Assembly: GCA_013265495.1 (NCBI GenBank)
Contig: MU057724.1
Location: forward strand, 434,001-496,000
DNA length: 62,000 nucleotides
DNA from: Vicugna vicugna
Lineage: Eukaryota
Direction of reading: 5' to 3'
Numbering within the stretch: the first letter of the stretch is position 1; each line of letters begins with the position of its first letter. The translations under genes and the position numbers were made by a program. A model generated the notes under the pieces. The model had not been told where the DNA came from, did not search any database, and saw nothing but the letters and a program-made list of their open reading frames with translations. Shown here in pieces: positions 25,001 to 38,047 of this stretch.

Positions 25001-28000
25001 GCAGCTACTTCCCTTTGTCTGAGATTCTGGTGGCCAAAAAATTGCACAGAATGAAGTTAATACTACACCTTCAGAGGAAGACTGGGAGCTGGCATCGAGA
25101 AGCCGGCGGTAGTGAGGGTCCTGGGTCAGCAAAGCAGCAAATCCTTGAGCTGACGGAGAGTGGCAGCTTCCCTCGCCCGGTGTGGTGGCCGCGCGGTGGG
25201 AGTGCTGCTCGGAGACGACGGGCAGTGTCTCTTCCTTCCTCTAACCCAGCGGGAAAACAGGCTTTAACAATAGGTAACTGTACAGAGTAATCTGGGAAGT
25301 GTGCAGTGTAATGGAAAGAGATATTGACAGGACACCCTCGTTAAAATGTAGTAAAACTAGTCGCAATACTTAATGCCGTGTTTCGGGGTCCAAGGACTCA
25401 TCCTTCTGCGATCAGCAAGCATGGTAATTGCGGATGCTTTATTACACAGAGGTGCGGCTTTACAGCCTTGGTGGTTTGTCGGCCCTTGGTTTGAGGGGAA
25501 AAAGTAGGTCTTCCTCTCGGCTGACACCTGACAAAGAGGAACGTATTGCCTGCTGCTCTCCAGCCACGTTGTCCGAGTAAGCCCTGGTTGTCAGGCGTCC
25601 AGGCTGCAGCCACTCTCATGAACTGTCTTTGTGCCACTGTGATTAAACCCGGATAAATGTAATGGCTGTGTGGTCAAATTTAAAAGTGGACGATAAGCTT
25701 AAAAATTAATTTTAATACTCAAGTGAAGATAATTGAGTTCACAAGAAAAGCAAACTCTAATTGCCTGGATATCCTGATCTTGAGTAACGTATAGACTTCT
25801 TTAAGGAGAAAAATAATTCTTTTGGACTCAGTATTGTCTTGAATTATTTTTGTTGGAATATTGTTTAATTCATAGAACTCTGTTAATGCAAATGTATAAA
25901 CTTCTTAGTCCTTATAAAATTATGAAACAAGTTAACACAATTGCACAGTAATTAAACTAATTTAATATTGAGAATGTTTTACTGAATTAATCTCTGCTTG
26001 AAATGTAAATACTGTCTCTTCTTAGCTTTTTTGTTGTTGTTGTTACTGACTGTACTGTGGTGTGCTGCTGGGCCGAAAATTTTTCTTACCTTTTTTCTCT
26101 TGCCAGACTGCTACAAGAAATCTTTGCTGTGTTCTCTGACCTTCATGTGGTGTGAGTGCAAGTCTGCGTTGAGCCCACCTCCGTTCTGTTAACCAGAGAG
26201 CTAAGATTCCTGAGTGTTGTGCGTCCACTTTGAGACCGCTTTGTCTTAAGCCCTTGATTCTGAAGGGTTAGTGGCGTTCGCTTGGCTGCGGTTGTACAGG
26301 AGCGAAATGGCCTATGATTGGTGATATTAATAACGTCTTCAATCTGGTGACACATTTAATCAGTGGTGTCTGAAGGCTGAGTGGGGTGGGTCCTCAGGTT
26401 TGGTGGTTAGAGGTGCTGGATGTGGTGACTGTCTACCAAGTGGCCCTCCTCTGCTTGCAGCTGCCCACCACCCCGGTGACCCCTCACCTGTGACCTCTGC
26501 ATTTCCCTTTCCGTCAGCCTGTGGCCCCCTCTGTTCTTACGACCAGCCTGTCCTGTTCCTGCCGTGCGGGGCCTTCCTTTCAGCCCTTCCCCACCACCCC
26601 GTCCCGGGTGTGGCCCCTTGTCCTCTCCCTCTGTTGTCAGCCCCAGCCACGAGTTCGGAGGGTACTCCTGAGAGGAGGCCGGGACCGTTTGCTGTGCAGA
26701 GACTCCCCCTGCTGTGCCCTCTGGCCACCACCTGTTTCCTCTGCTCCCTTTTCCACGCTCTGATCTGCAGGTCTGTCCCTCACCCTTGACACAGGGTCCT
26801 GGCTTTACTGGCCTCTGAGAGTTGACGTCCAGGCCACCCAGTGGGGTGGTGGTGACCATCACAGTAATAAAGCTGTTATGTTATTTATAAATGTATTCTG
26901 ATAATTTAATTATATTCTTTGAATTTTTAAAAATATCTGCAAAGTACATTTTTTGAAACTAAAAATCAAAAATTGGATGTTTCTTTATTTGAGCTATTTA
27001 AGATTATTAGAAATACCATTTTTGGAAAACAATGTATTTGGCTACAAAGAAATGTTAGAATCATTTGTTTGGGTTAAGAATTATTGAAACTATGACTGCC
27101 AGAAACTAGGTAGCTCTTTATGTGACACAGACTACTGATTTCTGTTGCGCAGACAGATGGAGATGTGTTTTCCAGGATGTGTCTCCCTGTGTTCAGTCCT
27201 TGTGAACGGCTGCTGACTTAGGATCAAGCATACACAGTGCTGTGGCGGCTGCAGGTTGGTGTTGGGTTGATCAGCTCTTGGTTATCGTGGGGACGGCCAT
27301 GCCTGGGGACCTCCTCTGGCTCCCCTCCCTGACAGCCCCCGAGCCGGTACAGCGGGCTCTGAGCCAGACAGGATGGAGGAGGGGTCCACGAGGGGCAGAG
27401 AGGGGGCTGGTGCCAGTCCCGGGGCTCTGCCTGGTCGCTTTGGGCCACTTGGCCCTGTACCCACCCTCCCTCCCTTCTGAAGTGGCCCTGTAGAGTGTGG
27501 TTTCATGAACTGTTGTGAATGGTTTTAATCACAGTCTGATGCAGAATGATGAGTAGACAGCAGCGTTTACAAGTATAAACCCAAGAACATTCCGTCTTAA
27601 ATTACATTAAGACACGCATCTGCATCAGGCCCACACTCCGGGGTGAAGGGTGGGCTGACTGCAAGAGGTTACGTGAGGTTGTGTGGGCCACGTGAGCGCT
27701 GGTGCACCCCAGACCAAGTTAACTTTTGCGGGTGGGTGAAGCCAGACAGGTGGGCTTCTGGGGGCCCGCGCGTCCTGTGTGCCTGGCACACCGCCCTTAC
27801 CCGCCCCACCTGGGGCAGAGGCCCTGCTGGAGGCTCCAGCGACAGGTCTTCAGGGTGAAGTCCCTTGGAAAGGGGTAACTTGTACTGCAAAAGAAAGCTA
27901 CGAAGCTTGTGTTTGTTTCGACGACATCGCAGTGTAAAACCTCACACGTGCAGCCTGTGTGGGGTTAATGTGTGCTGAGGAACGTGCTAAGCTGGGGAAG

Positions 28001-31000
28001 GAGATGACATGTGAAGTTTGGCCCCACCCCCACCCCCACCGATCTTTCTCTCCTGAGTGTAGTCACAGTGAAGTCACCTGAGTTCTGACCCCACCCCCAC
28101 CCCCAGAGTACATCTGCAGTAGGAGTTTCCAGTCTTGGTAAATGTCTGTGTGGTGCTTACAGGAGAATCTTCCTCACCCTTGCCTTCTGGACAGATGGGG
28201 ACCTCAGTAAATGTTCATCCAATTGGTTTTTGTCTGTCAGAGTTAAAATGTGGGTTAAGTTAACAATATTTGCTGATAATTCCCCTGCTGAGTTCTCAAC
28301 GACTGGTTCTGAATACTGATCTCACCACTGACAGTTGTGAGATTTTGGTCACTTGGCTTCATTTGGTTAGTTGTCATTCACTCATAAACTTAGTAGAAGT
28401 GTATGAGGTCCCTGCAGGCCACCAGGAGTGCGTTCTCACAGTCCCCCGCCGGGGCTTAGACGAAGGCAGGTGGCGGCGCTCCGGGAGCACCTGCCCTCCT
28501 GGGACTAAGTTTCTGAGGCTCTTGAACAGCTACAAGTGTGTGGCGTGTCTGTTACACGGAAGGTCAGCCGCACTTAAGTACTGCTTTGCTCCTCCTCCTG
28601 GTGTTTGGTGACCTGTAATTATTGAAGAATTTCACTGTCATTAACAAAAAAATCTGTAAGGCTCGGCCAGCCCGCGTATTCTCTGGAGCAGTCTCCTCTC
28701 CCACGGGAAGAGGAGGCTGGAGTCGGCTCTCCAGCTCTGTGATTTCTGGCTGTTCACCGTGTCCTGAGTGGCACTGAGTGCTTTGTGGCGCTGCTGGTCC
28801 CGTGGGGCACGGAAGGGCCGTGTCCCTGGTGTGCGTGGACGCTGTGTCCTTAGGGCTCAGTGCAGGGGGCAGACCCGGTGCGGCTCAGGCCCAGATGTGA
28901 AGCCAGTAGGTGTGGGGCGGGCCCTGGGACTCTGTCTAGCCAGCCCTCATGCTGCTCCTGGTTGTGGCCACACTTGGAGTGAAGGAGCAGTGTTTGGGGG
29001 TGGTGATGGGAGTGTACCTGTTGTGGAGCACGCTGTTGAGTGGGGGGCTCAGAGCGTGTTTCTGGTGCGTGGGCTCATCGGCGTCCTGCCCTGTGCAGAG
29101 GGGCCCGTGCGAGCCCACACCCTCTTCCCACATTCTCCCTTCTGCCCCCTCTTCCTGCCCTATTTTTGAGATCCACCGTCAGCGTGTGTATGTGCATGTT
29201 TGCGCATGTGTGTGTGGAGGGGTCACTCCACCCCAGCTCCCACCGCTAACGTTGCCATGTCAGGAAGGTTCCTTCCCTCCCCGATGTCCCCGCGTAAGCT
29301 CTGCCCTCCGCTCGGCGGTGCAGACGGCGGGGCGCCCACGTGGTGTGTTTGCAGAACCCCGCTGATTGGACAGGCCTTCTGAGCACGCCTCACAGGCTCC
29401 AGACCTTCACCCGTCAGCCATGGTTCTCTCTCCTCCTCGCCGCTGTCCCAAACTCGTGCAGAAGAAGCGAGGTTTCTTTCAGGTAGGTTTTATGCCCCAG
29501 ACGGTCCTCTGGTCTGTTAAAGCCAAGTTCAGATCTCACCTCCTCGGTTAATTCACTCTCACACTAACGTCTTCCTCCCCGGTGTCTTCCTGGAGGGACA
29601 GCCACGAGACCTGAGCGTGGGCTGCCCCGTCACGCCCGCCGCCCAGGGTTGGGGTGACCGCCACGCCAGGGCCCAGGGTGAGAAGCCACCTGTGGGGCGC
29701 ACGGTGGGGAGGGCTGAGCCTGTCCCTGCCGCAGCCAGCGAGGGGTTGGGGTTTTCTTCACCTCAGTGTATTTCTTTTTTAAAAAAAATTTCTTGGGGGG
29801 GGATTAAATGTTTTTAAATGACCAAGGCAAGTCAATATGTACTAGTACGAATAGATACATGGCAGATACTTGTACTTTACTGTGTAGTTAAGTGTGACTG
29901 TGAGGCTGTCTGCAGTGTTGGCTACTGAACGGTTTGTTTTCATTCCCTTTTCTCTAGTTTGAACTTCACGTATGTTTGGGGTTGAGTAGAAAGCCTGTTA
30001 AGGCATCTCAAGCACCACAGACGTTTCTTTCTGAAGTTACATTGTTATTTTATCTGAGACCTTTGTTTGTTTGGGTGAATAAGACTGTTCTATAATTCTG
30101 AGACCTTTTTTTTTGGAAAAAAATTCCTTATGTAATAATGATGGCTCTAAATAAGAGCTTGTCCCTGAACTTCAGGATGTGTTACTGGACAAGGGAGCAG
30201 TGGGCTGCTTGCCCAGAACCAGCTGTGTCAGGGTGAATCCTGCAGGAGTCAAAGATGGGCCACTTGTGAGTTGTGTAAAGAATGTGTTCATCCTGAGAAT
30301 TACGCCTGTTGTTACCAAATATGCTTGTTTTCTGAACTGCCTCTAAGAGAAGAGTAAAGGTACAAATAAAAACCCCATGATGACTTCAGAACTTTGGCGT
30401 CAGCTCTGTTTCTAAATATTTATGTTTGGCCTGGATTGAAATAGTAATGAGTCATGAATAACCTGAAACAGGTTTTGGAAAGTGATGTGGTGGACGACGG
30501 CCGTCTGCCTCTTTCCTTTAGTCTGAGGAGTGGGGCCTGTTCTACCCTCTGGGGGTAGACGTGGGACATCCGAGGGAGAGGAGGTTCCGTGGGCCGTGGT
30601 CCCCACCGAGGGCGAGGAGGAGGCCCGACATGAGCCGTGGACAGAGACAGTGAGGGTGGCCTGGCCGGCCCCCTCTGCGCTTTCCCCGGTCATGGGAGGG
30701 TCCCTGGGCCTGTACTGACCAGAACAGTGCACTATGAGCTGGGCCAGGTGTTGGTGTTCGTTCAGGCACTCGCTTATGTGGGTGCTGACACGTGGCTCGC
30801 GGGCCCACCGCAAGTACAGACTTGACTCTCAGAGGAGCCCGGGGGAAGTTGGACCAATGTGGGACTCGCAGGGGAGGCCAATCCACCTTTGAACTAACTT
30901 GGTATGAAACGCTGCCGACCAGGGCTCAGTGGGACCCTCTCCCGTGCCCCGGGTGGTGCTCCCGGGGTGGAGGCCCTTTGCACAAAGCTGTGGGGCTGCT

Positions 31001-31074
31001 GTGTGCCACCCCAGCCTGGGAGCGCAGGACTGGCGGCCAGGGGGGCCAGGGGCTGAGGTTCCACTGGACCGGCC

Positions 31075-31430
31075 AGCCTTGTTCAAGTCGAGACGTAAAT
31101 TACACACCCTAAAACTCACCTTTTAAACTGAGCTTGGAGGAGTGTGCAAACATCAGCACTGTCTAATTCCAGAACATTCCAGAATGATGGGTGCTTGGGC
31201 TGGTTCCATGTTTGGCTGTGGTAAGCAATGCTGTTACAAACATTTGCAGGCGAGTTTTACAAGCATGCGTGTCACCCAGGAGCGGAACTGCTGAGTCTTC
31301 AGGTAACCATGTTGATCCTTGAGGAGCTGCCTCCTGTTTTCCAGAGTGGCTGCACCATTTTATATCCCTACCAGCAGTGTTCTCCACTGTTGTTTTGTCT
31401 TTGATTCTAGCCACCTCTGTGGGTGCCCGA
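31075..31430 (-). mobile_element. Ancient LINE-1 3' fragment (L1MB-like)
   Basis: 'gttttccagagtggctgcaccattttatatccctaccagcagtgt' is a hallmark antisense L1 3' motif. Confidence 0.7.
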
Positions 31431-32029
31431 GTGGCTGTGAAGGGCACCCTGCCTGCCAGGGCCAGGGGTGCAGCAAGAGCTGGCTTTCAGAGACGAAACT
31501 GCCGTCAGAGGCGAGGCCTTGCTCGCAGTACAGGATTCTCCCGGATGGGCGTGCCGTAGGGTCAGTGTCCTCTCTGATGCCACAGGGGTTGTGAGGCCCA
31601 GCTGGCTGGGCCGCCCCAGGGGCTCGAGTGGGGAAGCCCTTCCGAGAGGCTGCAGACCAAGGTGAGGGGACCAGGTGCTTGGGTCCCTGCTCCAGCGGCC
31701 GCAGCTTGTGGGCTGCACTCGGCGGAGACCTGACGCCAGGAGAGCTGGGCACAGCAGTGGCTGGCGGCCTGTCCCAAGTAGGTCTCATCTGAGCTGTCGG
31801 CGGCCCTGGACGCCCTTTGTCTCTCGAGTTTCGATCGCTTTTTCATTGCCGCTGTCTTTAATATTTACACTACGCCGCAGTCACAGCTGGCACGCTTGTT
31901 CTCATCTGTGCTCTGTACTTGCCGCTCTCTGTGCGGCAGTTTGTCCTCTGTGTTGGGTTGGCTGCCATTCACCCTTGGTGGTTTTTAAAGATAAACTCGC
32001 GGGCAGTAAGGGACTGAGGCATTTCCGTC

Positions 32030-32700
32030 TTTCGCCTTAGTTCTTAAAAGACAGTTTGGCTGCACGTTAAGTTCTGGGCGCTTCGTTTTTCCTGGTGCAG
32101 CCCCTTAGACGCGCGGACCATTGGTGGTGGGGCCGGGGGCTGCCGCATCTGTTACCTGTGGCCCCCACTTGAAGGGATGCAGACCTTTTATCTCGATGGC
32201 CCAGGTGCTTTGGAATATGCCTTGGTGTAGAATGCTTTGTGTCAGTTTTCCCTGGGACAGCGGGGGTCCTCTTCAATCTGTAGATTTGTTTCTTTTATTT
32301 TTGGAAAGCTTTTTTGAATTATACCTTTAAATATTTAGTTTGTCCTTTGTTTTTGTTTTCCTTTTATGTGTAACTGGGGCTCCCCCTGCCGTTTTTCCAT
32401 AGCAGTTCCTTCCTTCCTGATCCTCTTAACATCTTTCATTTCTCCCTTTTCTTGGTTCTCTGATTCTGCTCCTCTGTGTGTCTCGCTGGGTCTTGACAAT
32501 GCATAATATCATTTGTGTTGCTGTCAACTTTGCTTTCATTTTTGTGATTTTTTTCCCTTCCAGTTCTTTTCTGAGGTCTGCCAGCTCATTAAAAAAAAAA
32601 AGTCTCTTTCTCGTCAAATAGTTCCTGTATAACTTGTATTTCTGCTTTGTAGTGGTTTGAATTTTCTGAATAATATATTGGCAGTTGCTTCAAAAACATG
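32030..32700 (-). mobile_element. Ancient L1/HAL1 ORF1-derived remnant
   Basis: T-rich antisense sequence starting 'ttcttaaaagacagtttggctgcacgttaagttctgggc'. The minus-strand translation has the ORF1-like STPRHI motif. Confidence 0.45.
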
Positions 32701-33020
32701 AAAAACTTTAAGATGAAATACTTGTTCATAATTCTCATTTGTTCTGATACAGGATGCATGCTGTAAGTGAAGGTAAACACTACAAGTAGACAGCATATAA
32801 TTTCTTGTCTAATGGAGAGGAGAAATGGGATAATAAAAAAAAAACCCAAAAGAAGGCAAGAAAGGAGGGGGGAGAAATATGGAATAGATAACAGAAGGAG
32901 CTTAGTAAGATGGTAGACCAGTTATAAAATTATAAGAGAATATTATGAATATGATAATTTAGGTGAAATTAACATAGTTCCAAAAATTGTCGATAAAATT
33001 GTAGCAAATAGACTCCACCA

Positions 33021-33162
33021 GGGGGAGGTATAGCTCAGGGGCAGAGTGCCTGCCTAGCATTCACAGGGTCCTGGGTTCAGTCCCCAGCACCTCCATTACA
33101 ATGAATAAATAAAAACCTAATTCCTAATTACCTGCCCCCTAAAAAATAATTTAAATTAAAAA
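33021..33162 (+). mobile_element. tRNA-derived SINE (camelid Vic-type) inserted in L1
   Basis: GGGGGAGGTATAGCTCAGGGGCAGAG...GGGTTCAGTCCCC plus an A-rich tail. A 15-bp TSD AAATAGA(C/A)TCCACCA lies at 33006-33020 and 33163-33177. Confidence 0.9.
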
Positions 33163-33838
33163 AAATAGAATCCACCAGCGTATAAAAAGTATAGCACAGC
33201 ATGACCATCCTTGGATTGCAAGTTGGTTTACTGTCTAGAAAGATGATGTATTTCACAACGTAACAGACTAAAATAGAAACAGTTATTTCAATATGTGTAG
33301 AAAAAGCATTTCAAAAATTTGACACCTATTCCTTATATAAAACTCAGCAATCTAGGAACTTTCTCTACCCAAGGAAGCCAGCATACTTAATGGTAGACGT
33401 CTGAATGTTTTCCCCCAAGGCTGGGAGGAAGTCAGAGATGACACTCTCACCACTTGTGTTCAATGCTGTGTTGGAGGTTCCGGCCAGCACACCAAGGCAA
33501 AACAAAAACAAACACCAACCAAAAACAAAGTCAACAAAAATACAAAGTCATCCATATTGGAAAGAAGGAAGTAGACCTACCTTTGCTTGCAGAAGACGTC
33601 ACTGTATAGAAAATCTGATGACATTAATAAAAAATGTGAGAATGGATACATGTGCTGTGCAATGTTTCAGGGTACAAGATCAATAACAAAAGGTTGTTTC
33701 TCTGTTTTATGTGTATATTATATATCCAACTGCTGCTAGAAATCATAAATTGACATTGTTTATAATAAAATCTTACAATATTGAGGGTACAATGGGAACT
33801 ACTAAGTATTATGGAGAAGTCTAGATATAAACAGATGC

Positions 33839-34275
33839 TGTGTTAGTAAGGCTCCTGCAGAGAAACAGACGCAGATTGTACACACACAAACGTTTATCAC
33901 AAGGAATTGCCTCATGTACTCTCTGCGGCCAGAGCCCGAGGTCTGCAGGACAGGTCAGCAAGCAGGAGGCCCCCAGGGGCCCGTGATGTTGCTTTAATCC
34001 GGAGGCCGGCAGGCTTGAGATCCAGGATCAGGTGAGCCTTCAGTTTGAGTCTGAAGGCAGGAAAACACCTGTTTCCCAGCTCGATGGCTCACACAGGAGG
34101 AATCCTATCTTGGACAAGAGTCAGCCTTGTTTTATTCAGCTGATTGGATGAGATGCACCCACATTAGGGAGCAGTCTGCTTTACTTAAGTCAGATGTTAA
34201 CCTCACCCAGAGACTCCTTTACAGACACACCCAGGATAGTGTCTGACCAAGTGTCTGGGCAGCTCATGGCTCCAT
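33839..34275 (-). mobile_element. ERVL LTR (MLT2 family) inserted in L1
   Basis: Starts 'tgtgttagtaaggctcctgcagagaaacaga', the antisense MLT2 3' end, and contains 'acagacacacccaggatagtgtctgaccaagtgtctgggca'. Confidence 0.75.
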
Positions 34276-34940
34276 CATATGTACCATGGTCATGAATCAA
34301 AGACTCACGGCTGTCAGCATACTGGTTTTCTGCAAATTGATTTGTGGATTCTACACAGTCCCAGTTGAGATCCCAGTAGGCTTTTTGCATAGAATTTGAG
34401 AAGCTAATTTGAAAATTCATGTAGAAATGCAATGGACTTGGAATATTTAAAACAACCTTGAGAAAGAACAAAACTGGAGAACTTAACGATGCCTGACTTC
34501 ATTGGAATCAATAGACAGATCAGATCAGTGGAGGAGAATGGAGAGTCCAAGATAGACTCAAATATTGATTTTTGACAAGTGCAAAAGCAATTCACTGGAG
34601 GCAGAATAATCTTTTCAACAAATGGTCTGGGACAATTGGATATCGTTATGCAAAACTGCAGCCCATACCTCACACCATATAAAAATGTTAATTCAAAATG
34701 GATTATAAACTGAAATGTAAAACCTATTAAACTTTTGGAAGAAAAAAAGATAAAATATTAAATTTTTGAAGGGGTTAGACAAGGTTTCTTGGATAACAAA
34801 CCAAAAGCAGTGTTCATAGAACAAAAACTCATAAATTGAACTTAACTGAAATAAACAACTTCGGTTCTATAGAAGATTCTGTTAGAGAATAAAAAGACCA
34901 GCCGCAGACTGGAAGAAGATATCTGCAAATCACATACCTA

Positions 34941-35371
34941 ATTATGGTCCTGCAAGGACGTCTCTCTCTTTGTCCCTAGACTTGTAAGTGTCTCAGGTCA
35001 CATGGTAAGGGGGAGTCAGGTTGCAGGTGGGATGAAGGTTGCTGATCAGATGACCTTGACATAAGGCTATCCAGGTGGCCCAGTGTGATCACAGGGGGAC
35101 TTAAACGGGGACAAGGGAGGCAGAGTGCTGTGATGTGAGGAAGGGCTGTGACTGGAGGAGTGTGGTCACCACCGGAAGCTGGAAAAAGTATGAAGATAGA
35201 TTCTCCCCTAGAGCCTGCAGAAAGCCGTAATTAAGCCCTTCCCAAATTTTAGCCAAACAATGAGACATTTCAGGCTTCTAGCCTACAGAAATGTAAGATA
35301 ATAAATATGTGTGTTTTAAGCCCCGAGGTTTGTGGTGGTTTGTTTTGACAGCAGTGGGAAACTAAGATACT
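34941..35371 (+). mobile_element. MaLR LTR (MLT1D/E-like) inserted in L1
   Basis: Contains 'gaaggttgctgatcagatgaccttga' and 'gattctcccctagagcctgcaga', and ends 'gtaagataataaatatgtgtgttttaagcc...gcagtgggaaactaagatac'. Confidence 0.8.
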
Positions 35372-35769
35372 GAAAGAAATCTTTAGTCCCCAAAATATAT
35401 AGAACTCTCAAAACTTGCCAATAAGAAAACAAACAACCTAGTAAAAAATAGGCAAAAATGGAAGATACTTCAGTATCAAATAAATACAGATGGCAAAAAA
35501 GCCCACAAGAAGATGGTCAATATCATTAGCCATCACAGAAAGGCAAATAAAAGCCAAAGTTAGATACCTCTACACATCTATTGCAACGTCTGAATTATGA
35601 AGGATTGACTATACCAAATGTTGGGGCAGACGTAGATAAACTGGAGTTCTCATATGTTGCTGGTGGGTCTGTAAAATGGTACGACTGCTCCTGAAACTAG
35701 CTTGGCAGTTTCTTTAAAGGTTAAGTGCATGTCTGCTGTATGATCTAGCTCTTCCACCTCTGGGCATGT

Positions 35770-35990
35770 GCTTGTTTTTTTACTGCAGTGTAGTTGATTT
35801 ACCATGTTGGTTTCTAGCGTATAGCATAGTGATTCAGTTATACACACACGCATATGTATGTAATCTTTTGCATGTTCTTTTTCATTACAGGTTACTATAG
35901 CCCACTGAATATAGTTCCCTGTGCTATACAGTATGACCTTGCTGTTTATCTGATCTGTACATAGAAGTCTGTACCTGCAAATCCCAAGCT
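35770..35990 (-). mobile_element. Artiodactyl-type LINE-1 3' end fragment inserted antisense in the older L1
   Basis: 'gtgtagttgatttaccatgttgg...gtgattcagttatacac...tgaatatagttccctgtgctatacagta' is the typical antisense 3' end of artiodactyl L1. Confidence 0.75.
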
Positions 35991-36609
35991 ATATTTGTAA
36001 TAGTCAAAGCCTGGAAAAACCTAAATGTCTATCATCAAGTGAATGGATAAGCAAACCTTGTGGGATATTCATACAATGAAATACTATTCAGCAACAGAAA
36101 GGAATTTAAAAGTCATTATGCCAAGTGGAAGAAGGCAGGAAGAGTACATTCTATATGATTTTATCTTACGAGGTTCTAGAAGATGCACACTCATCAGCTG
36201 TGCTGGCAGTTCAGTAGCTGCCTCGTTCTGGGAGGCTGGGACTGGTGAGATCACAAGTGAGCCCGAAGAGACTGGGAGACGACGGATACGCTGTCTTGAC
36301 TGTCAGGGTGGCTTTTTGTTTATGTGTACATGTATGTGAAATGCATCAAATGGTATAGTTCAAGTGTATGCTGTTTTATTTTACCTCAGTAACGCTGTTA
36401 GAGAAATAAGGATGCAGAAAAGCTGAAGATAAAAGGTGGAGGAAAATGTGCAATTCAAACACTGTCCGAAGACAAAATCAGTTTTAGAAACAGAAACTGA
36501 CCGAAGACACAGCAGCCTGATCACTAGGAGCGTCGGCGTTCTACGTGTGTGCACACCTAGACCCAGCTTTGAGACAGGTACAGAAAACATGTGTAGAAAA
36601 CTGTAGACC

Positions 36610-37150
36610 TTTATGGGAAAGTAGACACATTCACACTGACAGATTTCTCCCTGTTACTGATAACACAGGCCACTAAGTTTATGGAAGGTTTGAACATGAT
36701 TAGCCAACTTGACCTAAAGAGCAAATGTAGATATAAAGCTGCACCCACCAACTGCAGAACAAGCACTCCTCGGAAGCCACCACACCCTTTCCACTGAGCG
36801 CGCTCTCTGAGCACCGTGGAAATCAACAAAAGGGTAACCAGAAAATGATCAGATTAGACATTGTTTAAAACGTGTGTCAGTAGCCTACGGTCAATGAAGA
36901 AATCACAATGGAAGTCGGAAATATTTTGAATTGAGCAACGACAAAAGTGCCACCTACTAAAATCTGCAGAATGAAGCAAAAACATTGCTTAGAGGAAACT
37001 ATGTGGACTCAAAACACATATAAAGTTATGAAAGGCTGGAAGTGGGTCATCTGAGCATTCATCTCAAGAAGTCAGAGAGAGAAGACAAAATTAAACTCAA
37101 AAGAAAATAGGAGGAAATAAAGATAAAAATAAAATCAATAAATTAGACTG
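36610..37150 (+). mobile_element. LINE-1 ORF2 5' (endonuclease-adjacent) remnant
   Basis: Contains 'aacttgacctaa...gcacccaccaactgcagaa', 'gaagaaatcacaatggaagtcggaaatattttgaa' and 'gcaaaaacattgcttagaggaaa'. Confidence 0.65.
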
Positions 37151-37580
37151 GTTAAAATTTAAAAAACTAGACAGACTTATTTACCACCACGTGCTGGGGA
37201 GGATATGGGACTCCCAGGGCACTCACCTACTGAGTGTGGTAGCGTGAGGAGTCCCACTGGACCCCACTAGGCACCATCCATTAAAGCCGGAGACATGGAC
37301 CCAAGTCACTGCTCCCTAAACATAAGCCCCACAGCCACGCGTGCGCCAGGCCCCGGGACAGGGGGCATACATGACTGAGCATGGAGCCGCCCGGGGGTGT
37401 CAGCCCGGCGTGAGCAACCCGAGGTGCTCTCCTTCAAACGCTGGTGAGCACACACAACTCCACTGACAGATATGCAAACATGCGGAGTGAGAGGAGCCAG
37501 ACAGGAGATCATATACATGTGGTTTTATTTATGTTAAGTTTTTAAAAATCCAGCAAAACTGACCTGTATTGCTTAAGAAT

Positions 37581-38047
37581 TGATAAAAGAAATGCTCACA
37601 TATTGAAATGTAGGGAAGTCATGCTGGCTTAAACATGAGTTCACTTGAATTTTAGGCTAACTAAAATAGCCTGTTTGTGGCCCATCAAACGCGCTACTGT
37701 ACATCCTCTTTAATTATTAAAAGACGACACTGACCAGAAGTAAAGGTCCGTGATTAAAAAAACATTTTTTTAAATAAATGCCAATTCTGGGCCTCCTTCA
37801 ATGATAAGACCCCCTTCCCAGGGGCCAAGGCCACAGTGACTTGCTGTGCACACGCTTGTCTCTTTTTTTTTTTTTAAACTTGAAGAAATGTATGCTCGAC
37901 TTGCTAATGCTCTTCGTTCTGTCAACACGTGAGACTGTGCTGGAAACCCTGCTTGTCTGAGAGGCCGGCTTCTGGGCTAGTCCTCAGTTTGGCTCAGTTA
38001 AAATTCTTTTCTATTCTTAGTATTGATTGTTTATTATTTCGGTGACA
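37581..38047 (+). mobile_element. Solo ERV LTR (ERV1-like, 467 bp)
   Basis: TG (37581) ... CA (38047) termini with a 4-bp TSD GAAT at 37577-37580 and 38048-38051. The 3' part 'gtcctcagtttggctcagttaaaattcttttctattc' resembles the R/U5 of ungulate ERV1 LTRs. It interrupts an older L1 3' UTR remnant. Confidence 0.7.

Larger units (their letters stand above)
32940..36400 (+). mobile_element. Ancient LINE-1 ORF2 (reverse transcriptase to 3' UTR), decayed, with four nested insertions
   Basis: Collinear ORF2 remnants include 'gtagcaaatagaatccaccagcgtataaaaag' (LANRIQQHIK-like), LSPLVFNAVLEV, 'aaagaacaaaactggagaacttaacgatgcctgacttc' (KNKxGxLTLPDF-like) and 'ttttcaacaaatggtctggg'. These are followed by the 3' UTR motif 'gaatggataagcaaacc...atacaatgaaatactattcagcaa'. 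Confidence 0.85.
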
